DNA from: Parasitella parasitica NRRL 2501
Taxonomy: Eukaryota > Fungi > Mucoromycota
Assembly: GCA_025201805.1 (NCBI GenBank)
Contig: MU619333.1
Coordinates: 58,871 to 122,870, forward strand
DNA length: 64,000 nucleotides
Reading direction: 5' to 3'
A program made the position numbers and the translations under genes. This document shows, in pieces, positions 51,626 through 64,000 of the stretch (within the stretch, counting starts at the first letter, position 1; every line of letters starts with the position of its first letter). The notes below the pieces were generated by a model, which had not been told where the DNA came from, ran no database searches, and saw nothing but the letters and a program-made list of their open reading frames with translations.

Positions 51626-52030
51626 AAAAAAAAAAAAAAGAAAGTATCACACTCTCACCAATTTTCTTTTAAAATTATCACCTCCGTTGGAGATGCTCTT
51701 ATGCAAATTCAAGTACATAGTGTGCTCAGCTATGAGTGTGTAACAAACGCTCCTAGTTTGTTAAAAAAGAGCTGATATTTTAGAAGCAAAATAACAAGAT
51801 ACAAGAATTGTCATCTGCGTGATCCAAGTATTTTCAATTTTATTAATGGAGGGGGGTAAATAATATCCCATGTACGAATAAGTCTTATATAATAGCTTAA
51901 TCTCGGCTGTTTATTATTCATTTGAATTTGTAATTGATTTTTCTTGAAAGAATATACTTTTTTGGACTTGGGAGCCAGCGAATCAATTTTATAAAGTTAT
52001 AATACAACACAAGATTTATTTTAACAATAT

Positions 52031-53609
52031 TCACACATAGACTAACTTGGATTCTCCAGTTCTCGAATGAACATTTACATGAGCTCTACAGATTTCTTTA
52101 TAATAGCCAACCTTGATAGACTCCCGTCTAGACGAAGTAACATGTAAATTTTTTGGGCTCTTTGCAGAAATGACGCTGGGCTCGCACATCCAGCAATGTG
52201 CGATAAAATTACTGCTTTTGGATAAACCGCCATAGTCCTTGGAGTAAATTGCTTTGACAGGGCCATTCAAGCTGACTATTGTAGACTTTACATATTTTGA
52301 TTGGGGAGAGATCTCGACACGAGTGGCGCCAGTAACAGAAGCAACGCCCAATGTCTTTATGGGTAGGTAGTTGCCAAGCACAATGCCGTTGAGAGTCCCA
52401 ATCTTTATATTTTCACCCTTCAAATCCTGCGTGTACAATATGCTGTCAGTTTATCACCAAATCAGTGATATTTTGACATGATATATACCTTAAAGTGAAT
52501 AGCACCTCTACCTAGACCCACAGAAATATCCTTGAATACTATCTTTTTCAAATCTCCTTCAATGCGAGCAGCATGATTTACCAGCAAATTCAAATTCTCG
52601 TACGCATTCATTTTGTTAGGGAAGATAATATCCAAGTGGTAGACCAGACATGGCTTTTTAGCAGAAGTGTGGTGGTTATTGATATGGATATTCTTGGCTG
52701 CTTTCTCATCGTCATCAACTTCAGTCAGAGATATGTGGGTCATTGTATCTTCTGTTTGAGCACGCAGTGTCAAATCAACCTTGATCTTTCCCTCGAGGTT
52801 GTGAAGGTCTTCATCTGCAGTTGACGTTCTGACGTCGATCCTTCCTCCATCAGTGAAGATCCCGTCGATCTTGATATTAGTCGTCTTGAACTGATGATGA
52901 GAGAAGGCCAATGTCTTTTTCTTTTCATAGTGTAACTTTGAGGGGTCGCATTGGGGTACATGCGCTCGTGGCGGTTTCTTTATCTTCAAGTAGTCTGGAG
53001 GATTTGCAATGCCTATTTTCGCCAAGGGCTTTGGGAGAGCGCCTTTAGTAACATTGGCTTTGTGGGAGTGGAATGGTAATTTGGAAGCAGGAAGCCCCAA
53101 GTCCTCTGCAATGGCTTGGATGACTTGGATTTGCTTGTGCGAATCCTTGACATCGATTTCTCTTGCCCAGTATTCGCTACTCTGCTCCATCTCCTTGTCA
53201 AACGGATAGAAGATTCTGAGGTCCTTCATCCACATTGCGTTTAAAGACTCTATAAATCTTGATAATTCTATGGCTTCGTTGCTCGATATCTCGTTTGGAT
53301 AATCCAAGAAGGAATGATGCGCTGTAAACTATAGTGCGTATATCAGCTTTTACGGTATCTACAACCATGCCTACAAAAGCCCTTACATTTCTGCTATATC
53401 CGTACTGTGAAAACGTAGCTACGTGCGTGTAAAGTACGAGACCCGTCAATACTGACAGCACAGTTCCAAAACGAGCTTATGACACAGATTAGAAGGGTCT
53501 AGTACAACCTGCCTTGGCCTTTGATATCATGTCATATATTTATACACTTACTCAAGAATGCTCTACAATGGGCTTTTATTTTGTCTAATGCAACTTCTTT
53601 ACTGTTCAT
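52031..53609 (-). CDS. Type II membrane protein with a beta-rich (DUF4097/adhesin-like) C-terminal region, 4 exons
   Basis: Spliced N-terminus MNSKEVALDKIKAHCRAFLT|RFGTVLSVLTGLVLY (TM); CLVYHLDIIFP and repeated beta motifs IGTLNGIV, SLNGPV, HSRTGES. Confidence 0.65.
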
Positions 53610-53635
53610 CTTGCTTCATACTGTAAGAAAAAAAA

Positions 53636-53910
53636 NNNNNNNNNNNNNNNNNNNNNNNNNNNNNNNNNNNNNNNNNNNNNNNNNNNNNNNNNNNNNNNNN
53701 NNNNNNNNNNNNNNNNNNNNNNNNNNNNNNNNNNNNNNNNNNNNNNNNNNNNNNNNNNNNNNNNNNNNNNNNNNNNNNNNNNNNNNNNNNNNNNNNNNNN
53801 NNNNNNNNNNNNNNNNNNNNNNNNNNNNNNNNNNNNNNNNNNNNNNNNNNNNNNNNNNNNNNNNNNNNNNNNNNNNNNNNNNNNNNNNNNNNNNNNNNNN
53901 NNNNNNNNNN
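53636..53910. other. Assembly gap
   Basis: 275 N between poly-A runs. Confidence 1.
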
Positions 53911-54201
53911 AAAAAAAAAAAAAAAAAAGGCAAATGTCATTATGAATTGGAAGTAGTCATTCTTGGTTGCGCAAAAATTATCTTTTGTTTCTGGTCATTT
54001 GACTTGATTAGAAGCAGCACTTCCCAGAACAAGACCCAGGATGATACCAGTGCATGTACATGTAATGCCAATGGCTTCATTTGCATAAGCCACATCTATG
54101 GTGGACTCATCCGGTTTTTTCGATTTCAGCATCTTAAAAAGCTCGATGCCTTTTGTTTGGGTTTCGACCTTTTTTTTTTTTCCCCCTTTACACAGCTCGT
54201 C

Positions 54202-54813
54202 ATGTCAGATTTGCAAACAATTGTCGTACTTATTTCAGGTTCAGGCACGAATCTTCAAGCATTAATCGATGCTACACAAGATGGCCGTCTCAAAGGAAAG
54301 ATTATCGCCGTTATATCTAATCGAAAGAATGCATTTGGACTCGAACGTGCCAAGAAAGCAGGAATCCCTACCAGAACATTCTCTCTCAAGCAATTCAAAG
54401 ATCAGGGAAAGACCCGTGTTGACTTTGACGTCCATGTGGCAACGACCATCCAAACAGAGTATCGCCCTGATTTGGTTATTTTGGCAGGCTGGATGCATAT
54501 TTTATCGCCAGAGTTCTTGTCCTATTTCAACGACAATGTCATGAACCTTCACCCCGCTTTACCTGGACAATTTGATGGTGCTCACGCCATCGATCGAGCA
54601 TTCGAAGCCTATCAGAAGGGCGAAATAAAAAATACTGGTATCATGGTCCATAAAGTCATTCCAGACGTTGATCGCGGACAAGTCATTTTGCAGCGTGAGG
54701 TGCCTATTGAAGAGCAAGATACCCTTGAAGATCTCGAAAACCGCATCCACAAATTCGAACACGAGCTTATTGTTGAAGGAGCTCAAGTATTCTTGGATTG
54801 TTTAAAGAAATAA
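54202..54813 (+). CDS. ADE8: Phosphoribosylglycinamide formyltransferase (GAR transformylase)
   Basis: IVVLISGSGTNLQALID, LAGWMHILS, NLHPALPGQFDG, TGIMVH..IPDVDRG. Confidence 0.95.
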   Translation: MSDLQTIVVLISGSGTNLQALIDATQDGRLKGKIIAVISNRKNAFGLERAKKAGIPTRTFSLKQFKDQGKTRVDFDVHVATTIQTEYRPDLVILAGWMHILSPEFLSYFNDNVMNLHPALPGQFDGAHAIDRAFEAYQKGEIKNTGIMVHKVIPDVDRGQVILQREVPIEEQDTLEDLENRIHKFEHELIVEGAQVFLDCLKK

Positions 54814-54839
54814 AAAGAAAAAAAGAAAAAAGAAAAAAG

Positions 54840-54842
<3 letters not shown>

Positions 54843-54880
<38 letters not shown>
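54843..54880. repeat. (TG)n microsatellite between convergent ADE8 and SRP72
   Basis: About 19 TG units. Confidence 0.9.
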
Positions 54881-54881
<1 letters not shown>

Positions 54882-54906
54882 ATATACTTTATTTTCGACT
54901 GTGCGT

Positions 54907-57121
54907 TTACTTTCTACTCTTGCCCTTTCCCTTTTTTTTCTTACTAGATGCGGGTTTAACAGGTGTCGATGAAGTCGCTTTTTCCTTGGTAGGCTCTGGT
55001 GAACTCTCCACTGCTACTCCTGCTGCTGCTGCTGTCTTTTTGCCACCAATGTTGGCACTACCAGTACCGCCGATACCTCCGCCTTCTACGGAAGCACCTT
55101 GAGGTCCTTTGTTCAATGCCTTTTTGTTTTTACCCTTCATGCGGAAAGTGGATCTTTCGTACTTGGGAATCCAACGCTCAGGATCAGGCTGTACATTGGG
55201 GTCCATTTTCTTGGGGTAAAGAGTCGCCCTCTTCTTTTTGGTCTTTGGTTTTTTAACATGTACGCCGTTGGGATCCTTCTTGACATAGCCACGTTTCACG
55301 CCCGGTACAACTCTTTCCAGTGTGTCCACATCCAAATGGCTCAATGTGATAGCAGGCAAAGCATTGCCGTATTGCTCGGCCTTTTTAGGGTCAACATGCG
55401 CATAAGCAGCGATTAAACCGGCAATAGATCGAGAGTCTGAAGGATCGGCCTTGACAAGTTGCTCATAATCGACAACAGCATCCTGGTAACGTCCGGTCTT
55501 TAACTTGAAAGCGGCAGTTTGTTTGATGGTAGAAGTAGGTGCAGCAGTTGAAGTGAAAGACTTTTCGTTCTTCCAAATGGATGATGCTTCATCCAGCGTT
55601 TCCATGGCTTTCTCTGGTTGTCCAGTTTGCTCATATAACCATACCAACAGTGCAATGAGAGCAGGCTTGTAATAGCTGCTCTTATTGTCCTTGACAGACG
55701 CTAGGAAAGACTCCAAAGTAGCAAGTGCTGCTGCAGGTTGAGATTCGAGCAGTTGCAATTGAATGGTAGCAAAACGAATAGCGAGAGAGAAAGGCTTCTT
55801 TTCAGAGTACTTTTTGAGCTCTTCAACAGCCTTGGCAGCCTTGTGCTGATGGTAAGTTGCACTGGCTAAAATGAGATACAAGTTGTCGTTATCAGGGTAC
55901 TTTTCAATCAGCTTTTGTGCCTGGTCTCTGCAAGCTGAGTACTTTTGGGTGTAAAGGTGCAATAAGCTCTCGTTCATGTGAATCACTCTCTTTTGGTAGT
56001 TTTTGAGTTTGGCGTCGGCGTCTTTGCTGGTGGCAGTCTTTAAGTTTTTGGTTGCTTGCTCGAGGTTCTTTCCTTGATCGATAGCAACCACATTGTTGGA
56101 TACAACAGCAGCGACGGTAACATCGCTTTTAGTGAGGAGTAAGTATCCCAGTAGCACACAGCCACACTCTCGGCATCGCAAACTTACCTCGAGTTTAATA
56201 GCTGCTTGTAAATATTCATGGCGTCGTTGGAACGCCCTTGAAGTTGGTAAGTGTAGCCCAACTGAGCGGAAATAGCAGCCAGTTCCTGCTCTTGCTCCTC
56301 TTTACTCATTCCCTGGGATCTATCGCTGCATTGCTCTATTTAGATAGTGTCAATAAAAATGCGTGTTTGAGTACGCCGGTGTAGCTCTACTCACTATGAG
56401 CTAGTTCCAGTTGTTCTTGGGCCTTCTTGACATCACCACGGGCCAAATAGACAGACGCAGCGTTGTAGGCAACTTCGTAGAGATCAGCACTTTCTTTCAG
56501 CTCTGATTTATCCTTGGCTGGGCCAGCGCTTTTGTTTGCTGAGAATAATAGCCCAGCTTTTGCAGCCAACAAATTGACTTGGATTTCATCGTAGATGTTA
56601 CTGTTTTTGTCTGAAGACTTGAGGAGAGATTCGTACACCTCGACTGCCCTTTCGAATTGGCCTTGAGAATACAACTATGAATAAAGGATGGGCTGTCATG
56701 TCTGCAAAGGCCTGGCAAAAAAAAAATAAAAAAATAAAAATAAAAAAAACAACCAACTTACCAACTGTGCTTCGAGATACGACAGAGAGGGATTCGGGGA
56801 CGAGCTCTTGGACTTGATTTCTTGCAAGAGCTCCATAGCTGGGGCCAGCTGATTAGTGCGATAGTAACAGTAGATCTTTTCATAGGACAGGTCAATGTCA
56901 CTGCTTCTGAATTGACGGGCAATCATGGTGAGGGCATCCTTGTATTTCTCGAGGCGGATCAGTGTAATCACCTTGCATTGGAGGGCGAGTTGGTCTTGGG
57001 GGCCTAGTTTAATGAGTTTATCGCAAATCTCCAAGCTGCGTGCATCGTCGTAGTCGTCTACGGTTTGCTTCAATTCAGCAAAGAGGTGACTGATTTGCTG
57101 CTCTTTTGTTGAAGACGCCAT
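54907..57121 (-). CDS. SRP72: Signal recognition particle subunit SRP72, 4 exons
   Basis: TPR N-terminus (YEKIYCYYRTNQ, YEVAYNAA), AVVSNN, and the C-terminal RNA-binding motif PDPERWIPKYERS followed by GPQG. Confidence 0.93.
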
Positions 57122-57419
57122 TGCAACCGCGTCTTTATTGTTTTTTTAATAATGGAAAGAAAAGTAAAAGAAGAGTAAAAGAAAAAAGGGCCTTGTGTCT
57201 TTTCTTTTTTTTTTTGATGAAATGCGGCTCTTGGAAAATAAAGTGTACATTTCTCATATGTGCTTGTTTGTTTTGTTAGAGTTGGTTGGTGGGTGTAAAG
57301 TTGTTTCCTTTCCTTTTGCATCCAACCTGCCGCTTCAACATGCTCCTATTTAAGACACAATGTAGGTCCACTGCATCTCTCTTTTCCTCTTTCTTTTTCT
57401 TCTCGACACCTCAACCAAT

Positions 57420-58883
57420 ATGGCAACAGACATCATATACCAGAAGCCTGACACTATCGACTGCAAGAAATCCACGCCTGCAGCCTGCACCGTAGTGTAC
57501 GAAAAGCCAAATGCCTACGACCAAGAGCCCCCCAAAGTCATAACAGCAAGCCGGCATGGTAGTCGCAGCAGCAGAATGACTGTAGATTCCTTTGCAAGCC
57601 GTTATTTCCAAAGAAACAACAATGTCACAACGACATGTCAAAGCCCTGCTCTGTCCTCGGCCTCTACTAATAGTACAACAGACCTTGAAACATACTACTC
57701 CCCAAATACCCCCCCTTTATCGCCAAAAAAGCTCTCTAAAAAAAAAGCATATTACATCTCGCAGATCACATCTTCCATCCTGAGTCAATCGACATCTACC
57801 ACCCAGACAACATTCGCCGCACATCAGGACGAGCTGCTAAAGGACGCTCCAGCCTATGTCCTGCCATCATCACCTGCCAACAGCATCACGGGCATTGACA
57901 CACATACAATCGCTGCGGACACACTGATCAGCAAAAGCAACAAAAATGCCTCAAACATAGTTGCAGCAGCAGCAGCACTGCTTTCAAATGATAGCGGCAT
58001 CGTATCATCTTTCTTTTTGCAGCAGACCAAGAGCCGTGCCATAAAGCCCGCTAGCAACGCCAAAAACAATGTCATTGTTTACAATTTCAAAAAGGCCAGC
58101 ATACTGAAGCCAAATCAACACCACATCTACCTGCACATCGATCATGAGGACGACCAAGACTCTGAAGAGGTGATGGTGTACCGCAAAGTGCAGCCGTATT
58201 CATCCTGGGGTCTGCAGAGCGCGCTCTACTGCAACCAAAACGACGGCCAAGGTATCAAAGTCGCAGAAGCAAGACGGGGCGCTTTCCAAAAGAGCATTTC
58301 GATCGAATCAGCAGACTATCCTAATAGCCGTATCGACGATATCACGCAGCCCTATATCCCCACCATAAAAGCAGTAGCTGCAAACACTGTCTTTTGTCAG
58401 GATCTCGTCAAGCGATCGCAATCCAACATCTTGTTCGAGTATGAAACCTGGTTTCATGGTTCTCGCATGCGATGGAAACGGCCCAGTTTATTGTCTCACG
58501 ATTTCACCTGCGAGATCAAACTAACAAGGCAGGAAACAAAGAGACAGCAGGAGCAGCAACTGCTACTGCAGAAGGGCAAATCGAAAAAGAAAAGGGGCAT
58601 CACCATCGTCACCGCCAAAAACGACAGCTTTATTGACAGTGATAGCGATAATGATGAGGATGATCACGACAATCACAGCCATAAAACGTGCAGAAGATGG
58701 AAGCTCATTGCAGAATTTCACAGCTGCAAGCTAAACTACCTCAGCAAGTCTCTGGGCAGACTGTCGATTGATCTCGACATCCTGAACCAGGTTGAAAAAG
58801 ATCGCTGTGATCTATTGGAAGCAAACATCGTCATGACAACCTGTACCTTGATTGATTTGATAAGAGACATCATGGGCAAGTAA
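57420..58883 (+). CDS. Hypothetical intronless protein (487 aa), Ser/Thr-rich N-terminal half and globular C-terminal half
   Basis: Long open frame with plausible codon usage; no family confidently recognised. Confidence 0.75.
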   Translation: MATDIIYQKPDTIDCKKSTPAACTVVYEKPNAYDQEPPKVITASRHGSRSSRMTVDSFASRYFQRNNNVTTTCQSPALSSASTNSTTDLETYYSPNTPPLSPKKLSKKKAYYISQITSSILSQSTSTTQTTFAAHQDELLKDAPAYVLPSSPANSITGIDTHTIAADTLISKSNKNASNIVAAAAALLSNDSGIVSSFFLQQTKSRAIKPASNAKNNVIVYNFKKASILKPNQHHIYLHIDHEDDQDSEEVMVYRKVQPYSSWGLQSALYCNQNDGQGIKVAEARRGAFQKSISIESADYPNSRIDDITQPYIPTIKAVAANTVFCQDLVKRSQSNILFEYETWFHGSRMRWKRPSLLSHDFTCEIKLTRQETKRQQEQQLLLQKGKSKKKRGITIVTAKNDSFIDSDSDNDEDDHDNHSHKTCRRWKLIAEFHSCKLNYLSKSLGRLSIDLDILNQVEKDRCDLLEANIVMTTCTLIDLIRDIMGK

Positions 58884-58993
58884 TCCAAGTTCCTTATTTG
58901 TTTTGCTTCCAATAAAGTTTACTTTTTTTCCACATGAAACGCTGTTTAATGAAACCCTTTTTTTTTTTTTTTTTTTTTCTTTTGGTACATGTG

Positions 58994-59055
<62 letters not shown>

Positions 59056-59083
59056 AAACTAAAAAAAAAAAAAGAAAACAAAG

Positions 59084-59945
59084 ATGTATGTTATATGTAA
59101 ATTGCTATATATAGCCATCTTTGCTCTACTCTCGGCTGCTCCGCCTTATTTACCCCTCTACTATCATGATGTCCTCAATTTCTCATCTGATCAGATAGGG
59201 TTTGTGCTTGCAATTGCTCCATTTATTCAGTCCGTAGCATGTCCTCTATGGACATACATAGTTGACAAAAAACCAACGTTACACGGCCCCATCATGGCCA
59301 TCACAAGTTTCCTAGGCGGCTCGGCTGTAATTGGCATCATGGTCATCGGCCACTCTGTTTCGTCAGAGGTGGTGGTGCCAAAAACACTCGGCCTATTTTC
59401 TATGCAATTCTCCAACACTGCTTTGGTCACAGTTACATCTGCCTTGGCTCTAGCATTCGCCTTTTTCACATTACCAAACATGTCTCTAGTAGACAGTGCG
59501 GTCATGAAAATACTGGGCCCCAACAAAATATTATACGGTAAGCATGAGGCATTAGTAATGTTTATAAACCTGTACTCATCACAGTATATATATATATATA
59601 TATAAAAGGCGAGCAACGTCTCTGGGGATCAGTGTCTGCAGGATTAACCATCTTGTTGGTCGGCCAATTGCTGTCAATGACAAACAACTTTGACATGCTA
59701 TTCTATGTCTTTGGAAGCGCAACTGTTCTTTTTATGGTCTTTGCGTGCTTTGCAAAGGTGAATGAGCAGGATGTGCAGTACATTCTTGTTCCTGAAACTT
59801 CACACGATCCCTCCTTGGAGCAGGTTCATAGCCATCACACTGCGACGGGTAGAAGACTATTTCCCGTGACAACAGACACTTCCGAGAAACTGCTCAATGC
59901 TCGTGTCCCCATCAACACTTACAATAGCATTTCATCTGACAACAA

Positions 59946-59988
<43 letters not shown>

Positions 59989-60824
59989 CACTATGTCGAT
60001 CTATTCAAAACTAGCAGTATTGCCTCTGGACATACAATTCGTGACGAAGCAGATGAAACACTCGACGCTATCGGGCATCTGGATCTCGGTTTATCCATTT
60101 CTCGTATTGCCTCAATCGATCAGTCCATGGTAGCAGGTCTCCAGGACATCTCGACAGAAGGTATTCCAGCTGCCAAAAACGTGATTGCATCTGTGCGTGT
60201 ATCGAGCTTCTTGATGACTACCCTTTTGTTTGGCTTTGTCTTGTCTGTCATTGTAAACTTCTTGTTCTTGTTCCTCAGCCGAGATTTGCATATGCCTGCA
60301 AGCTGGATTGGTTGGACAGGACCTACAACAGGTATAACCGAACTGCTATGTTTCTGTTTCTCGAAACAAGTAAGTGTGTGTGTGTGTGTGCGGTTGGCCA
60401 GTTTGATTTATTTATTAAAAATCCTATTGTTTAGTTGACTGAATTGCTTGGTGTGACAAACATGATTCTCATTGCTCATGTTGCCACTATTGTGCGTTGT
60501 TTGGCATACACATTCCTTGTGCCCGATTCATTCATCACTAACGTCAGTGCTTTGTTACTCCAAACTTTACATGGCGTTGGCTTTGGCATCTTCTGGGCTA
60601 CTGCAGTTAGCGAAATCGATGGTTTCTTCCCTCCTGAACAAAGATCTGTTGCACAAGGCATTTTAGGTGCGCTTCATTTTGGTCTAGGAACAGGCTTAGG
60701 CGCACTTGCAGGTGGATACATGTATGAGTATTTAGGGGCTGTTACCATGTTTCGTGTTGTAGCTGTAATTGCCACATTTAACATGGCCCTGTTTTATACG
60801 GGCAGATTAAAAAGATTCCAATAA
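59084..60824 (+). CDS. Major facilitator superfamily transporter (MFS_1-like/MFSD6 type), 3 exons
   Basis: PYLPLYY..LNFSSDQIG, PLWTYIVDK, YGEQRLWGSV, LLQTLHGVGFG, QGILGALHFGLGTGLGALAGG; multiple TM helices. Confidence 0.9.
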
Positions 60825-61980
60825 TATTACTGTATAACAAAAAAAAAAAAGCCTTTAGCTTGATGTAACACAAACAAATGCTGCTGCACTTGCAAAGCTG
60901 CTTAAAGGATACTATTGTTCAGATTGTTTAATCTCAACCATCACGCCGCGTTCAGTAATGGTGATGCTCTCAGTCCTAAAGTAGATTCTAAACCTTTTTG
61001 CTTTGTTCCGAATAAAACAAACCTTTTGCCCTTAATAACAATCTGGTTTCCTGCCAAGACGAACCACCTTCTCTACGAATTCACTATTGTATCAAAAATA
61101 CTTATAAAGAGCTGCATCAGCTATTTTTTTTCTTGGTATTATTTTCGAAATGTTCGAGTACAGCTACTAAATGATGGCAACTTGTGTTGTGGTATTCTGT
61201 TTGAACTCGAAATGATCGAGTGCTTCATCAGGGCATTTATTAACTTGGGGAAGGTTATTTTCCCTATGTGTTCCACCTCTTTTAAAATTCCCTTTACTAC
61301 TGTGTAAAAGCAAGTCTTTCGCTCCTCCGAAACCTTATAAATCAATGTAATATATATAGTATCTTGAATAAAATGATGGTTCTATCTTGAGTAAATCTAC
61401 TATGGTTGCCTGTGCCAGGATTCTGTAATTTCTGACCGTCAACTACCGTATAATTTTGTTCAAACGACAAAACCATTTCAAGATTTCGTGCTTAACCTTA
61501 CTTATGATGCTTGATTGTAGCACATCTTTATTATCGCAAACGTATAATTACAATGCAAAAAAAAACAATAGTTAAATCATATGATTTAGGTGCATTATCG
61601 AGCAGGTTTTTTTTTTTATTATCTTTATTTTTGGATATTAGTGATTCCAGTATAAGGCACCACTGTACGGTATCCAAGAGGAAGCGTAAAATTGATCAGT
61701 TTAGTGAAGATGTCAATGACATGAGATACATTATTAATGAAGAATAAAATGACTTTTGCATACGAAATGTGATTCAAGTGAATAAGGATGTCTATGACGT
61801 TGGTACCTGACTTACCTAGCAAGCAGATATCAGTTGCTGTTGGCAAAAATTGCATGCATATTAGTAAAAATTAAATTTTATTCGAAACAATAAATGCAGC
61901 AGAATACTTCTAGAGATTCGTTTTATCTAAACGGTAGGCTTGGAATATATACTGCAAAGGGGGGGGGGGGAGGTTCCAAT

Positions 61981-62360
61981 TCAAAAAAAAAAAAAGAAGA
62001 TAAAACCTGAGGTTAAGGAGACGATATCTTATTTAAGATTGAAATTGCATCTGCTATTCATATCTTTTACAACTACATAAATTTATTAACAAAGTGACAG
62101 GATTAATTGACAATGACAATCAACTTGACAGGGTACGATGTAAGGTTATACAACAAGGGCTACCCGTCTTTGATCTGACAGTGCCTTGACCTTTATCCTG
62201 GTGCTCAGATCTGAGTGTTACTACACGAATAACCTTCTTGATTTGAAACAGAGACCACTTTACACAAGCGTTTTACACCGCATCATTGGACAATCTTCAA
62301 GCTTCAAATTGAAACATTTCACTATGATCTCCTATCTATAATTATGGTAGATCATCAGCA
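61981..62360 (-). repeat. Dispersed non-coding element, copy 2 (inverted relative to 23120-23527)
   Basis: Reverse complement matches copy 1, for example GATCTGAGCACCAGGATA, AAGGCACTGTCAGATCAAAGAC and TTGTTGTATAACCTTACATCGTACCCTGTCAAGT. Confidence 0.9.
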
Positions 62361-64000
62361 CTTGCTGATTTATCAGGATGAGAAATTATTCAAATAAGCC
62401 GGTTGTGAATAACCCAGGTAAAGATCTCGTTTATTAAATGGAAAATATGCCGGTTCATATACTAGTGAACTAAGTGGATTGATAGGGGGACAAGGTGTAA
62501 GTGCGAGACATGGTGTGATTCAATGAATGGGACGATAGATTGTATCAATTTTCATGAACATGTCATTTTGAGTTATAAATAAGTGCAGTGAATTTGAAAG
62601 ATTTACGAAAATAAAAGAATAAAATAAAAATAAAAGCGCTGTAAAATTACAATTATAATCAAGTTTGGGGTTCTTTATTATAAGTATACTGAGGTTTTAT
62701 ATAGAGAAAAAAACACCTTGGTAGTTATAGGATTTGAATTGTCGAACATCAATTCTCATGAATGGAGCATTGATCCGAGAGTCAATGCGTTAATTTGTCG
62801 TTGTTTAATTTTAGGTTTAAAAGAGAAGTGTTGTGCCAGAAAGGCATGAGATTAAGCAATTATTATTAGATTGGTAATTCTTTGTATACAATGACAAGGA
62901 ATAAGCTATTAATGTACAATAGAACAGGTAATAAACTTGGTATGTAATACCAAGTTCAATGTTTAACCATGTAGATATCAAATAGTGTTACAATAGATAT
63001 AATCTAGCATAAAAAGATGGCATTTTCTTATCAATAAAGTCATTAGTTTTTGTGTCTGATTTTATTTTTATAAAGCTATACATTTTTGAGCAGATTATAT
63101 TTGTATATTCTCTGCGCATAACAAGAAGCAAATCATGCTGAAATGCTGTTACCATTGATAGAGCTTTGCATAACATTAGTTGGCCGTGTGAGGATGACTA
63201 TCATCATATTTTAGTCACAGTGTTAAAGATATCCTTGTCTAGAATAATGGGGAAAACTCATTGAATGACGAGCTGGCCATAATTGATGTCTTTGTCATTG
63301 TTTATTCTTATTCTGAATGTTTATTGTGTAAGAGAAAGCACTTTGATCAGGAGTGTTTTCCTTCACACGACGTACATTGATAACTTCTTAAATTGTGTTT
63401 GTGATTCGATTTGATTTATATGATTTTGTATGTCATGCGAACTCGAATGGCATGAATAGACTATGCGTGACATTTGAGTCTTATTTTTTCAGTTATGGGC
63501 TTTAAACTATACCTTTCCATTGCAATAAAGAACATGATCTATTGGGATATGTTCCTGAGTTGTATTGAGTTTGCTTGAATTTGACTGCCGGTTGGGAACT
63601 TGACAGATCGCATGTCAATATAGGTTGTGGCTATATTGCAAAACATGCACGTTTAAAAAAAAGGTAGACACGGCATTCGAGTAAAAAAAAAAAGGTAGAC
63701 CGTAGTTTCTTTGTTGGAAAATGCTGATTTAAAGAATGGTAATATTGGACAATCCTGGGATAAATGAAAGGCTTATTACGTAAATAACGGATTAAACCTA
63801 CGTTATCTGTTCGTTGTGAAGCAGCTTTACGTTTCAATGTAAGTACTCGCATGCTGATTGTCTATGTCCCAAACAAAGTGGGAAGATTATAATGTATTTT
63901 TAAGTTGTGTGTGTCATTTTTGTTTAGAATAACAAAATATAGCCAGAAAAATACAATTAGAACTGAATATATTTATTTTGCTATTCCAAGATTGAATGAA

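Noticed and set aside
53521-54201. Apparent N-terminal extension of the ADE8 ORF (430 aa)
   Set aside because: Artefact of reading through the N gap; the real start is the ATG at 54202.
58812-59100. Poly-K and poly-F ORFs (also 21433-21651 and 12256-12453)
   Set aside because: Translations of long poly-A/T tracts.

Overview
Eukaryotic, AT-rich, intron-dense genomic DNA from a Mucorales fungus (inferred from CotH genes, Mucorales-type IS630/Tc1 and Helitron remnants, and short 50-70 nt introns). About 21 apparently intact protein-coding genes are present: Opy2-like (partial), SPX-RING E3, RPS8, RPL11, APC11, CotH, a small PP1-docking protein, a CLC antiporter, STIMATE-like, REV1, a poly-Q protein, Rab GDI, mitochondrial S18, GTR1/RagA, DUF1640, an AsnB-type amidotransferase, ADE8, SRP72, an MFS transporter and hypotheticals. 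Two transposon-rich islands lie at about 23-29 kb and 45-52 kb. The most notable items are: (1) an internally deleted Fanzor1-like (eukaryotic TnpB-type RNA-guided nuclease) relic that keeps a hairpin-rich 3' tail where the omegaRNA scaffold is expected; (2) a ~400-nt non-coding element present twice, 39 kb apart and inverted, whose core folds into a four-way junction with a compensatory base-pair change; (3) a hairpin-dense intergenic region upstream of RPS8; (4) a decayed CotH paralogue head-to-head with the intact one; (5) a PD-(D/E)XK-like pseudogene preceded by a 133-bp direct repeat. Exon boundaries were read by eye and family calls rest on motif recognition, not database searches. Three assembly gaps are present.
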